Source of the DNA: Octopus vulgaris
Lineage: Eukaryota
Assembly (NCBI GenBank): GCA_951406725.2
Contig: OX597827.1
Coordinates: forward strand, 38,440,001-38,504,000
Direction of reading: 5' to 3'
Length of the DNA: 64,000 bases
Part shown: positions 40,462 through 53,293 of the stretch, piece after piece
Position numbering within the stretch: the stretch's first letter is position 1
Layout of the letters: the number at the start of each line of letters is the position of its first letter
The notes under the pieces: generated by a model
Told to the model about the DNA's origin: nothing
Seen by the model: the letters and a program-made list of their open reading frames with translations, nothing else
The model's database searches: none
Translations under genes and position numbers: made by a program

Positions 40462-40900
40462 GGTTCCTTGCCCTTATCTGAAACATTAGCCTCTACCTCA
40501 TTATCTCTTGCAAAAATGGAGGTTGACTTCTACCTTGTTCCATTACCCCACTAGTCTACATCAGAAAAATATTCCAACCTCTTACTTTTGCCCCTGTGTG
40601 AAGGCACATGGGGCCTAGTGGTTAGGATATTCAATCTACAATCATAAGATCATGAGTTTGATTCTTGAGCAAGGCACTTTCTTTCACTTTACTCCAGTCC
40701 ACTCAGCTGGCAAAAATGAGTTGCACCTGTAATTCAAAGGGTCAACCTTGTCACATTTTTTATCACACTAAATCTCTCTGAGAGCCACATTATAGCTATG
40801 CATGTCTGTGGAGTCCTCAGCCACTTGCACATTAATTTCAAGAGCAGGCTGTTCCATTAATTGGATTGACCGAAACTCTTGTGAAAACCAACAAAGTGCC
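39695..40900 (+). mobile_element. SINE family A (39695-40050) and family C (40603-40900)
   Basis: tRNA-like heads TGGCTGTGTAG..GGTTCAGTC and GGCCTAGTGG..GAGTTTGATTC. Confidence 0.75.
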
Positions 40901-41484
40901 AGTGTGTTGACTGGTATGTCCTGCCAAAATTTCTTGTTCTACTTTGCTTCAGAGTTTTTCCCCTGAGACTCAGTGTTTGAATAATGATTATAAAATATTA
41001 AAAAAATATTATTTTTTAAAAAATGAACAAGTTGTGCATTCAAACCCTACCATGGCCAACTTTGCCTTCTGTCTTTCCTCTATTTTTAAACCAAAACATT
41101 GGAGTTGGTTTAATCAACACTCATCCCCAAAACATAACCTTGGGCCTTTTTGCGTGCGCGTATGTGTGTGTGTGTGTGTGTGCGTGCATGTATGTGTGTG
41201 TGCGTGTGTGTGTGTCTGGAAGTTAATATTTTTATTGTTATGGTCAACAAATTTGCAGAATTAGTTGAGTAGCAGACAGCAATTCCTTAACAACATTTAG
41301 TTTATGGCTTCTTACATTCTGAGTTCAAATCCTACTGAGATGACTTCCCCTTTTATTTTTTTCCAGGGCCATAAATTAAAGTACCAGTCAGGTACTGGGG
41401 GGTTTCATTCAATCAATTTATTTTCTCCTCTAATAGTGTGTTGCCCTATGGCTATGATGAAAATTATTATCATCAGCATCAGCA

Positions 41485-41515
<31 letters not shown>

Positions 41516-41768
41516 CATCATCATCGTCATCATCATCATCATGAGGAGCTGGCAGAATTGTTAAACTGCCGGGCAAAATGTTTAGTGACATTTCATCCAT
41601 CTTTATGTTCTGAGTTAAAATTCTGCCAGGGCTGACTTGACCTTTCTTCCTTTCGGCGTCGATAAATTAAGTACCAGTGAAACACTGGGGGTCAATGTAA
41701 TCGACTTGTCCCTTCCCCCAAAATTTCAGACCTTGAGTCTATAGTAGAAAGGATTATTATTATTATTA

Positions 41769-42325
41769 TTGAGTGAGAGAGCAGTTCATGCCATCAAAGT
41801 GACACTGGGGTAAAATATACGAAGCCCAATATACCCATCATGACTACCCGTCTGATAAAGGTACACCAGGCACATGCATCACAATCATATGTGCGCGACA
41901 TAGTGATCTCATATCAAGATAAACAGCACATGACCTTGCAGGTGGGGCCTAGTTAGAATTTTCTTCAGGTTGAGTACGCCATCCTGCTCAAAAGGTCCCT
42001 GAATAAGTGTTGCTTTAGGATGTTGAACGAAACACCTATGTTTCCAGAGGTGAATTATTCAAACCCCAAAGAATCCCTCTCAACACATGGCCATGATGCT
42101 CCCCCACTACTTCTGCTCGTGATCAGAGATGCACATATCGTCAGCCACTAAGGGACATGCTCAACTGGTTAAGGTCAAACAACTGACAAGCAAATCTGTG
42201 GTATTGAGCAGAATATTTGCTGTAGCCCATCTTTTATACCAAGACAAAACAATGTACATGATAACACTTCCAATCAGTTAAGATCAGAAGCCATGAGAGC
42301 CACTGCCTGGTACTGCATCAGGGCA
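41769..42325 (-). mobile_element. 557-bp non-coding element X inserted in (TTA)n
   Basis: Full-length inverted homologue at 46481-47037; strand inferred from the (TAA)n tail. Confidence 0.85.
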
Positions 42326-42332
42326 TTTATTA

Positions 42333-42372
<40 letters not shown>

Positions 42373-42596
42373 GTTATTATTTGGTGGTGAGCTGGCAGAA
42401 TTGTTAGCATGCCAGGCGAAATACTTAACGGTATTTCACCTGTGCTTATGTTCTGAGTTCAAATTCTGCCAAGGTTGACTTTGCCTTTCATCCTTTCAGG
42501 GTCGATAAATTAAGTATCAGCAAAACACTGGGGGGTCAATGTAATCACCTAGTCCCCTCCCCCAAAATTTCAGGCCTAGTGCCTTTAGCAGAAAAG

Positions 42597-42677
<81 letters not shown>

Positions 42678-42698
42678 AATAATAATAATAATAATAAT

Positions 42699-42929
42699 AA
42701 ATACTTAGGATAACACTTAAAAGCTAGAAGTTTAAGTAATAGGTATTGATAGTCTACAGGTTTCAATAATGCACTGAAAGTCGACTTAGAAAGACAAGAT
42801 GGGAAAACAAGAAAAATAATAACTGCATTTAGAGTTTCATCATTCCAGATCAAACAGAAAGATTGAATTTGCACCAAATACAGAGAAGTTTTCAGCAACA
42901 AGAAAAATTATTACAAAACTATCTGTCCA
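42699..42929 (-). repeat. Inverted copy of 16439-16667
   Basis: Near-identical reverse complement. Confidence 0.9.
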
Positions 42930-43520
42930 ATAATAATTATAAAAATAATAATAATAATAAGCCAGCAAGATGGCAGAATTGTTAGCATACCGGACAAAGA
43001 GCTTAGAGGTATTTCATTCATATTTATGTTATGAGTTCAAATTCAGCCAAGATTGAGTTTGTCTTTCATCTTTTAGGGGTCAATAAAATAAGTACCAGTT
43101 GATTACTGGTGTTAATGTAATGTAATTGACTTACCCATCCCCCAAAATTTTCAGGTCAAAATTTGAAATCATTATCATTATTATTATTATCATTCAACGT
43201 AATTATTTAAGGCGGCAAGCTAGCAGAATCATTAACACACCAGGTGAAATGCTTAGTGGTATTTCGTCTGCTGCTACATTCTGAGTTCGAATTCTGCCAA
43301 GGTCAACTTTGCCTTTCATCCTTTCAGGGTCAATAATTTAAGTACCAGTGAAACACTGGGATCGATGTAATCGACTGTCTCCTTCCAAAATTTCAGACCT
43401 TGTGCCTGTAGTAGAAAGGATTATTATTATTGTTATTATCGTTATTTTTATTCATCACATTTTGTATGTTTTTTCTGGGTTTTTTTTTAATAAATTTATT
43501 GTTTCCTTTCTCTATTTCAG

Positions 43521-43598
43521 GGACCAGTGGAATGGGAGCATCGATGGGCACAGGCTATGACAGTTACAGTGCAGGAATTTCAGCTGCGTACTCTCGAA
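43521..43598 (+). CDS. SMAD4: Smad4/Medea linker exon, (G)TSGMGASMGTGYDSYSAGISAAYSR(S), 78 nt, phase 1-1
   Basis: Acceptor tttcctttctctatttcag, donor GAA|gtaaga; joins the 54430 exon to give YSR-STTTSW. Confidence 0.85.
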
Positions 43599-43631
43599 GT
43601 AAGATGATCTTCTCTTTCTGCTTTGCACCTG

Positions 43632-43696
<65 letters not shown>

Positions 43697-46009
43697 TCTC
43701 TCCCTCTCTCTCTTCATACTAAATATACCAATGTACAGCAATGTAATAAAGCATACCATTGCAACAAGCTAACCCAATGTTCTTCCTTGACATGCAGTAC
43801 TAAATTCAGATTTGTTAAGGAACCAAAATGAGTGTTGTCTGTTCTGCAATGTAGAGCTATTGTCATTTATCTGCTGAATGTCTATAGAAGCTGGAATAAT
43901 TTTCTCTGCTTCTCCTATCCTAACTGTATATGACTGTATAAGTCAAGCTGAGTAAGAAGTAAGCTGGAATGGCTAATTATTTCACATCTTGTCGGTGGCA
44001 CTTATCTAACTCTTCATAGCTCAGTTCACGGATTGCTATATTTCACTGCCTTGTGTCCATAGCCAAGTCGCTTAACTTTCAGATCCAGCCCACCTGGTTG
44101 TAACATAAATACTGCAGGACAGATGATGTCGTACACTGTGACCATGGCCCTGAGTCACTTGACCATCAAAAGCCCAGTCCACTTGGCTGTACGGAATGAT
44201 GCATTTCATTCAAATAGATAGTACTAGTACTGTAAAATAACTGTCAAACCGATAATGGGAATCTAGATATTCTGAGAGTGAGAGTCAGGCATCCATGGAC
44301 ACAATATAGTGCCGGTAGCAATGGAAGGATATGAACTCTTGCCATCAGTAGTGTCTTGAAAATAACAAATCAGATATATATTTGCAGATCCATGAAAAAG
44401 GAACCTCCACCAATTATTCTGCCTATATATCTGTGCACACCTTTCAATGCCATGTATGCCATTTGGTCTGCAAATTTATCAGAGGCCTCAAAAGACATTT
44501 TAAGATCAGAACTGAACTGCAGCTCTTGGTGGTCCAAATCAGATATGCAGTCTATGTGGGTGTCTTTTCAGTACATTATCTGGTTTAAAAAACCACATCA
44601 GATGCCATGATGGATCTAAAGTGTAGGTACAAGAGATGGTCAAATTCTGCATTAAGGAGTTGACCAGTGAAACTTGAAGCAGATAAAGCCATAATTAATA
44701 GCATGTAAAATATTGGGCTGAAACCCCTTCAGATAGAAAAGGTCAGAGGCTGCTTATGGGACTATAAAACCCACATCTGTTAACATGACATTAGACCAAA
44801 GCAATCTTTCAAATTGCTTTGTCCATTTTAGGAACCTCATTCTTACTAACAAGAATTGTATGTTGTTGGCATCATAAGAATTTCTAAACTTTGAGAGAAT
44901 GCCAAATAATTCTTCTTGTTTAGAGGTGAAATCCAAAGCAGATAAAGGATTATATATTATATATTATATATATATATATATATACACATTTCAAGCTGAG
45001 GTTTCTTTTTTGTGCCAACTTATACATACATGCATGCATATATATATATATATGATTTTATTGTATATATTTAAAGTAGTGGAAATATTAAAAACACTGG
45101 AATACAAAATTAAGGGCTTCCATTTGTCTTTCTTCTTTTTCTAAATTCCAGTCTCAAGATTTTACTTCACCTAGCAATAAAAAGGTGACATAAAAATTAC
45201 AAGTTTTGAAAAAAATAATAATAAAGATAATAATAATAGTTCTTTTTTTTTAACTAAATCGTGTGCAATATTAAGTCTCTCCAATATTTATTCTCAATCA
45301 TCCTCATCATCGCCATCACACTTCTGCTTTTCCATCCATGATGGCATGGTTGGAAGGGATGTCATAGTCTATGTCATCTTGCAAAGCAGCATCAGAGAAA
45401 GCCAGCCAACTTCAGTGTTGTGAGCTCCTTACAGTGCAGACTAGCTGCATTTTCTTTTGCCTCCCTCATTGGAGTGGTAACCCCATGTGAGGAGGACTAA
45501 AAGTGTCCCATCTGCCTTGCATTATTTCTTATTCAGAGTTACTGCCCTTCACAACGAGTAGCCAGCAATCTGGATTTAGGAGTCCACATCTCATACATTT
45601 CATTTTAACATGCTTTCTCCCCTTTGTTGCACCTATCATGCATATTGGGTGTTGATAGTAGAGTCTACATCGTGCATGAGTTATTAAGTGAATTGCATGT
45701 CTCAGCTTTGTCTACCCTATAGCATTTCTATTACTTTAAAACAATGCATCACATTACAACACCAGTACTAAAGGGATTATGCCCTAACAGACCAGAGACC
45801 CTCCTTCCAGCCTATACTGTCTTTAATCCTTCTTCCCTCTTTGATATATGGTTTTGCCAGCTGGAAGCTATGCAGTAACTAAATGCTGACATATAGACTA
45901 AAGTTTGTAGGACCGGAAATATCAAAAATTGTAATGAGGAGAAGCAAGTGGGAGCCCCAACAAAAGACTTGACATAAAGATAGACTGGAAACAAATAGCT
46001 ATTTCTAAG

Positions 46010-47790
46010 GTGGGCACTAGGCCTGAAATTTCAGATGAGAGGCTGGCCAGTTATATCAACCCCAGTACTTGACTGGTACTTTATTTTGTCAGGGTTGACA
46101 GGATTTGAACTCAGCATCTAAAGAGCCAGAACACATACCATGAGGCATGAGGCATTTTTCCCAATGCTCTAATGATTCTTCCAACTCACTGGTTTAATAA
46201 TAATAATGATCCTTTTTATTATAGGCACAAGGCCTGAAAATTGCAGAGAGGGGGTAAGTCGATTACATCGACCCCAGTGCGTAACTGGTACTTATTCAAT
46301 CAACTTCGAAAGACAAAGGATGAAAGACAAAGTTGACCTTGATGGAGTTTTAACTCAGAATATAGCGGCAGATGAAATGCCGCTAAGTATTTCGCCCAGC
46401 ATGCTAATGATGCTACCAGCTTGCCGCCTTAATAATAATAATAACAACAACAATAATAATAATAATAATAATGATATGGTTGCCCTGATGCAGTACCAGA
46501 CAGTGTCTCTCATGGTTGCTGATCTTAACTGATTGGAAGTGTTATCATATACATTGTTTTGTCTTGGTATAAAAGATGAGCTACAGCAAATATTCTGCTC
46601 AGTACCACAGATTTGCTTGTCAGTTGTTTGACCTTAACCAGTTGAGCATGTCCCTTAGTGGCTGACGATATGTGCATCTCTGATCATGAACAGAAGTAGT
46701 GGGAGAGCACCATAGCCATGTACTGAGAGCAATTCTTTGGGGTTTGGATAATTCACCCTTGGAAGCATGGGTGTTTCGTTCATCATCCTTAAACAAACCT
46801 TATTCAGGGACCTTTTGAGCGGGATGGGCTACTCAACCAGAAGAAAATTCTAACTGGGCCCCACCTGCAAGGTCATGCACTGTTTATCTTGATATGAGAT
46901 TACCATATCATACACATATGGTTGTGATGCATGTGCCTGGTGTACCCTTATCAGACAGGTAGTCATGATGGGTATACTGGGTTTTGTATATTTTACCCCA
47001 GTGTCACTTTGATGGCATGCACTGCTCTCTCACTCAATAATAATAATAATAATAATAATATTCCTTTCAACTAAAGGTATAAGATCTGAAATTTGTGGGG
47101 AGGGGACTAGTCGATTACATCAACCCCAGTGCTCAACTGGTACTTAATTTCATTGACCTCAAAAACCGGAAAGGTAAAGTCGACCTCGGCAGAATTTGAA
47201 CTCAGAATGTAAAGACAGATGAAATGCTGCTAAGCATTTTGCCCAGCATGCTAATGATTCTTCCAGCTCACTGCCTTAATAACAATAACAATAATAATCC
47301 TGTCTCCTATAGGCACAAAGCCTGAAATTTTGGAGATGGATGAAATCAAAAGATGGATGAAATACTGCGAAGCATTTCATCCGGTGTACCAATGATTCTG
47401 TCAGCCCACCACTTTAATAATAATATCAATAATGATGATGATGGTTTCAAATTTTGGAACCAGACCAGCAGTTTCCAAGAAGGGGCCAAGTCGATTACAT
47501 CAACTCCAGTGCTAAACTGGTACTTATTTTATCAACCCCAAAAGGATGAAAGATAGAGTTGAGTCCAGCAGCATTTGAACTCAGAATGTTAAAACAGGTG
47601 ATGCTGCTGAGCATTTTACCCAGTGTACTAACAACTCTGCCAGCTCACCACCTTAACCAGAGCAAATATGGCAAAGTGTCCCTTCCGCTGCTTGTAACCT
47701 CAGCAGCATTTGAACTCAGAATATAAAGGACTGGAAGAGGTGCCTCTAATCATTTTGACTAACATCTTAATGATTCTGCCAGTATACCAG
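46010..47790 (-). mobile_element. Cluster of about 6 family B SINEs, all minus
   Basis: Reverse-complement family B motifs (GGAATTTGAACTCAGAA, CTGCCAGCTC) separated by (TAA)n. Confidence 0.85.
46481..47037 (+). mobile_element. 557-bp element X, second full copy
   Basis: TGCCCTGATGCAGTACCAG...CTCTCTCACTCAA(TAA)n. Confidence 0.85.
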
Positions 47791-47828
47791 TGTTGATACA
47801 ATCAATTACAATATTCCTTACCTCATAA

Positions 47829-48037
47829 GGCAGCAAGCTGGCCGAAACATTAGCATGCCAGGTGAAATGCTTAGCGCTATTTCATTTCTCTTTACGTTCT
47901 GAGTTCAAATCCCACCAAGGTCGACTTCGCCTTTCATCCTTCCGGGGTCGATAAATCAAGTACCAGTTGCATACTGGGGTTGATCTAATTGACTGCCCTC
48001 CCCCAAAATTTTGGGTCTTGTGCCTAGAGTAGAAAAG
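47829..48037 (+). mobile_element. Young family B SINE with 19-bp TSD
   Basis: AATATTCCTTACCTCATAA at 47810-47828 and 48038-48056. Confidence 0.9.
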
Positions 48038-48450
48038 AATATTCCTTACCTCATAAATTTCTAAACCTTAAACCTGAAGACTAATCCAAGCCCTATTGCA
48101 GAGTGGTTTAGTAGCAGAGAAAGAGACACCATTTTCGTCTAATTTTTTAATTGTCTGTGTCCATAATTGTAAGAATGAACCTAATTTATTAGTTCCAGAG
48201 TCTTTTTTTTTTAGGCAAACTGACCAATTTGGCATGAACAACAGATGTAGCTTTAAATATTAATTACCCTCTACACACTCCTTATATCTGAAGCTGAGCT
48301 TTTTAGAAAGTTTGTTATTTTTATATAATCTCTTGGAGTTACCTGTAACCCACTAGGTCTACAATAGAATTAAGGATTTAACAACACTTTTGAAAGTGGA
48401 GGGACATAGAGTTCAAGGTCATTTCAGTTCCAGATTTTAATCAGAGAAAA

Positions 48451-48692
48451 GGCAGCTAGCTAGCAAAAACGTTAGCACACCGGGCAAAATGCTTATCGGT
48501 ATTTCGTCTGCCATTACGTTCTGGGTTCAAATTCCACCGAGGTCAGCTTTGCTTGTCATCCTTTTGGGGTTGATAAATTAAGTACCAGTTACGCACTGTA
48601 GTTGATATAATCGACTTAAACCATTTGTCTGTCCTTGTTTATCCCTTCTACGTTTAGCCCCTTAAAGAAATAATGGCAATAAAGAAATAAGG
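48451..48692 (+). mobile_element. Family B SINE with 16-bp TSD
   Basis: TTTTAATCAGAGAAAA on both sides. Confidence 0.9.
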
Positions 48693-48955
48693 TTTTAATC
48701 AGAGAAAATTTTGCTTTTGCTTTCCACATTATATAAATTTACTTTTATTGGAGAGACTTCAATTGCACATATTAGGCAGGGGGAACAAAGTAGTGGGGAA
48801 GGGATGCAGCGAAGGGCAAGTTTACAATGTGAAAATTTGCCCTTTTTCTATCAACAATTTTTCCCCATCTTCCTTATACACCCATTTCTTTTTTTTTTTT
48901 TTTACACTTTTTCATATTTGTTTGCTCTCTCTCTCAGCCTCTCTCTCTCTCTCTT

Positions 48956-48991
<36 letters not shown>

Positions 48992-51211
48992 ATTATACTT
49001 TCTATTGTTGCTTCAATGTAGCACTAAATTTTGGCCACTGCTGCCACATATTTCATCTTGTTGTTTACTTCTTTGTTTTGTCCATTTTGTTTAATTTCTT
49101 TTGTTTTCTTTCTGTTTTTTTTTGTTGCCTTTTAACTGTTGCCATGCATCATCATCATCATCATCATCATTGTTGTATCACTTCTCCCTTTCGCCTTTTT
49201 TCTTTTTCTCTGTCTCTCTCTCTCTCTCTCTCTCTCACTCTGCCCCTTGTGTGCTTTATGTTGTGCTCGTAATCACTCAGTCATTACTCCATTTGTTTTT
49301 TTTTTTGGTGGTGGTGGGGGTATCTCCATTTTTTTTTGCATCACCACAAAAATTATCATTGCAAGTGTTGTAACTGAAGTGAAGTGAGAATTACATTCTC
49401 ACCGCCACCATCACTTGTTTTTGCCTTAGATGTTGTCTCTCTTTCCTTTTCTTTCTCTCTCTCTCTCATCACATCAGCAAATATTCTGTTCATCCATGAC
49501 CATACAGACTCATTCACCCATCAACCATCACAACCACATAATCATCATCATCATCATCATTAACATCATCAACATCATCACCATCATAACCTCACTTCCC
49601 ACCACCCTGCTCCAGTCTTCTACACATTTTTCATTATCTTTCCAGAATGTTCTAATTTTCTTTCCTATGATTTGTGTGTGTGTGTGCATATTTTTTAAAT
49701 GAAATGCTATTGAGAAGCATATACGATTGATCCACCATTTCATTCCCCTTCATTCCCCTTCACTCACTCATCGTCACACACTGTCTCCACTGTTTGTCTC
49801 TATCTCACCTTCCTCTTTATAATCCCAAGCCTTCTCTCTCGGTTTGTGGCATTCTTGTGTCTGTAAGGAATATTTTGTATTCATTAACTTAGAGTAGGTT
49901 TACGATTGGAGTAAGACAGAGGTAAGAAGTTTACAGATACACCACCCCTACAAAGGAGCCAATGAAGACTCCTCTATGTGTTCAACTGACCTGCTAGAAA
50001 TAACAGTCAAATCTCTCTCAAATCACACTTTTTTATCTTAAAGAAAAGGAAGAACACATTGCATGCTCAGCACCACCACCATCTTTATTATCATCATTTA
50101 ATGTCCCTGTTCCATGCTGGAATAGGTTCAATGGTTTGATAGGATCCAACGGGTTTGAAAACTGCATTTTTTTCTCGTGTCTGCTTTGGCATGATTGCTA
50201 CAGCTGGATGCTCTTCTGAAGAGTAACCACTTTACAGGAATGTTGTTTGGTGCACGGGAAGGTGTGTGTACAGTAGTTGGATGGTGAATGATAAAGTATT
50301 TATTTCGACTGTCTACTGTTGGGTTGTGGGTTCAAATCCACTCCAGAATATTCTACATTAATTATACCAGCTCTGAAGTTATTGTTGATGTTTGGCGTTT
50401 AACCCGAGGTCAATCCTGACCATGTAGACTTTATGATCAAAAGTATTATGCCATACCCATCCAGTCTTTTTAGCTGCTGGGTATATAGGGCTACATTATC
50501 TGATGTATCCTTGTCTTTCCCAAAATATGAGGAGGTGCAATTTGAGGACTGCTTGGCTGCTATTTATAGCAGTTCAAGCAACCCTGTAGAGATAGAAGAT
50601 TAAAGTTCTAGATTAACTCTGGGGATGTTATTTATAATGTACAGGTGTCCTATTTAAGTGGTAGGGCCAGAGGATTTACCACTTCTTCAATCAACATAAA
50701 ACACTATAAATCCAGGGTTCAGAATTGACCCTTAAAACTCCCTTAGGAATATAAGTAACATTTATAAATATAAAGAGAATTTTGTTGCGTAAGGTCAGAA
50801 TAAATGCAAGAAGACATAAAAGAAATTACAAAAACAAAAGAAAACAAAACAAAAGTTGTAGTGTTACGTTATATTTCTATATTTCGGGGCTATGCTTTCT
50901 TAAGGACATTTGGAAAAGCAAGGCTATGGAGAAGATCGTTGCTCAGTTGTGTGGGGAGGAAGGAAGGAGGTGACATCTGCAGGTTGGTGCTGCTATAGTA
51001 ACCAGTCTGCTTCACGTACATCCTACCTGTTGTTTATGGCTGGTCTCTGTTTGTTTGATAAGGAGTGCCTCCATGATTCTGAGATTGATCATGTTGCATT
51101 GAGTGGCCCTGATGGATACCTTAAAATCTTGGATCTGGTATCTCTTTGGTTATTTCATAAATGTTTTTTTTTTTTTTTTACTTACAAGTGAGACATATAT
51201 ATATATATATT

Positions 51212-51595
51212 CTTTTACTTGTTTCAGTCATTTGACTGCAGCCATGCTGGAGCACTGCCTTAAAGGGTTTTTATAATCGAAGAAATCAACCCCAGGACTT
51301 ATTCTTTGCAAGCCTAGTACATATTCTGTCGGTCTCTTTTCTGAACCGTTAAGTTATGGGGATGTAAATACACCAACATTGGTTGTCAAGCTATTGTGGG
51401 GGAACAAACACAGTCACAAAGCCACACACACACACGTGTGTGTGTGTGTGTGTGTGTTGGGCGTTTGTGCTTCTTTCAGTTTCCATCTACCAAATCTACT
51501 TACAATGCTTTGGTCGGTCCGAGGCTATAGTAGAAGACACTTTCCCAAGGTACCACCCAGTGGGATTGAACTGAGAACCGTGTAGTTGGCAAGCA
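51212..51595 (-). mobile_element. SINE family A
   Basis: Reverse complement of the family A tail, body and head. Confidence 0.85.
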
Positions 51596-51835
51596 TGGTA
51601 AAGTAAGGTTGTTGGACTGCCTGCTCATGGTTTGCAGGTTGAAATTATGCTACATGCACTCTGTTGTCATTGTTTCTCTGAGCAAAACAGAGAAGAGAGT
51701 CATACAAAAAAAGCAAGGGTATTCCATTTGTTTATAGGGTGGGTAGGTAGAAGAAAGATTTCAAAGAATAGTTTTAAAAAATACAGTTTGGATAGGTAGA
51801 AGAATTTCAGAAAATAGTTAACTCCAAAGAATATT

Positions 51836-53116
51836 CTTTTCTACTCTAGGCACAAGGCTTGAAATTTTGGGGGAGGGGGCCAGTCACTTAGGTTGACCCA
51901 GTATGCAACTGGTACTTAATTTATTGACCCTGAAAAGATGAAAGGCAAAGTCGACCTCAGTGGAATTTGAACTCAGAATGGTATGCTAACATTTCTGCCA
52001 GCTCTCCATCTTAACTCCGAAGAATATTACATTGTCTTGTGTCTGTAGCATGGGGGTGGGGAACAGGGAATAATTAACACCACTTCCCTTTAGCTGTTAC
52101 CATGACAATATAGACGCACTTTTGCTGGATGGCATTGTTATGGTACCACTATCAGTCTACATCATCATCATCGTTTTAACATCCACCTTCCATGCTGGCA
52201 TGGGTTAGATGGTTCAACAAGAGCTGGTCAGGTAGAAGTCTACACCAAGCTACTGTGTCTTTTTTAAAATGGTTTTTACAGCTGGTTGCCCTTCTTAACA
52301 CCAGCAACCGCGCAGAGTGGACTGAGTGCTTCTTACAGGGCACTAGCACGGCAGAGGTCAGTTTTGGCATGGTTTTTACAGCTGGATGCCCTTCCAAATG
52401 CCAACCACTTTACAGTGCGGACTGAATATTTTTGACGTAGCACCAGCACCTGCAGGGTCGCCAAGTAAGTTACAAGACAAGAAGTTTTGAGAGGGGAGGG
52501 GGCGTTGAAGAAGGTGATCTTGTGTCAGATGATGAAAGGTGTGACAGGTACAAATATCAATTTCAAATTTTGACACAAGGCCAGCAATTTTGAGGTGGGA
52601 CTAAATTGGTTACATCAACCCTGGTGCTCACCTGCTTGTTATTTTATCAACCCCAAAAGGATGAAAGGAAAGCTGACCTCAGCAAAATTTGAACTCAAAA
52701 CATAAAGATGGACGAAATGCCACTAAACATTTTGCTTGGCATGCTAATGGATGTGCCAGCTCGCACCTTATGCATGTACAAATATTCTTTTCTACTCTAG
52801 ACACAAGGTCCAAAATTTTGGAGGAGGGGGCCAGTTGATTAGATCGACCCTAGTACTCAGTTGGTACTTGATTTATCAACCCCGAAAGAAGGAAAGGCAA
52901 AGTCAACCTCGGCAGAATTTGAACTCAGAATGTAAAGACAAACAAAATACTTCTAATCATTTCACTCAGTGTGCTAATGCTTCTGCCAGCTCGCCACCTT
53001 TGCATGTACGAATATTCTTTTCTATTCTAGGCACAAGGCCTGAAGTTTTGGGGGGAGGGGGCCAGTCGATTAGATCGACCCATGTACGCAATTGGTACTT
53101 TATTTATAGACGCCTT
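51836..53116 (-). mobile_element. Cluster of family B SINEs (51836, 52560, 52787, 53017) and a family D copy (52160-52550)
   Basis: TSD-like repeats TTAACTCC(A/G)AAGAATATT and TGCAT(G/A)TAC(A/G)AATATT. Confidence 0.85.
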
Positions 53117-53293
53117 TGCATATACAAATATTGAATATGTTGATGTATCATGTGGTCAGTAAGAACTGAAAGAGTGGAAGGGGTGAAAATAAAGATAAAG
53201 AGGTTACAATTGTTGTTAGCTTTGTTCATTGAGCCAAACTGTGATCAAAGACGTTCCAGTTGTAACCACCCTGTCTTCTATTTAGGGTTTCTG

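Larger units (their letters stand above)
41255..43420 (+). mobile_element. Cluster of 5 family B SINEs, all +, joined by (ATT)n
   Basis: Copies at about 41255, 41544, 42383, 42960 and 43210. Confidence 0.85.

Noticed and set aside
41255-43420. Regularly recurring repeats resembling a CRISPR-like array
   Set aside because: Units are ~210-bp diverged SINEs separated by microsatellites in eukaryotic DNA; no unique spacers or cas genes
43830-44930. Non-microsatellite stretch that looked like decayed coding sequence
   Set aside because: No ordered RT, transposase or Smad motifs recognised on either strand; left unannotated
49366-49383. 18-nt aag...gtgaga microexon candidate
   Set aside because: Contains TAA in the gene's phase-1 frame and has a poor pyrimidine tract
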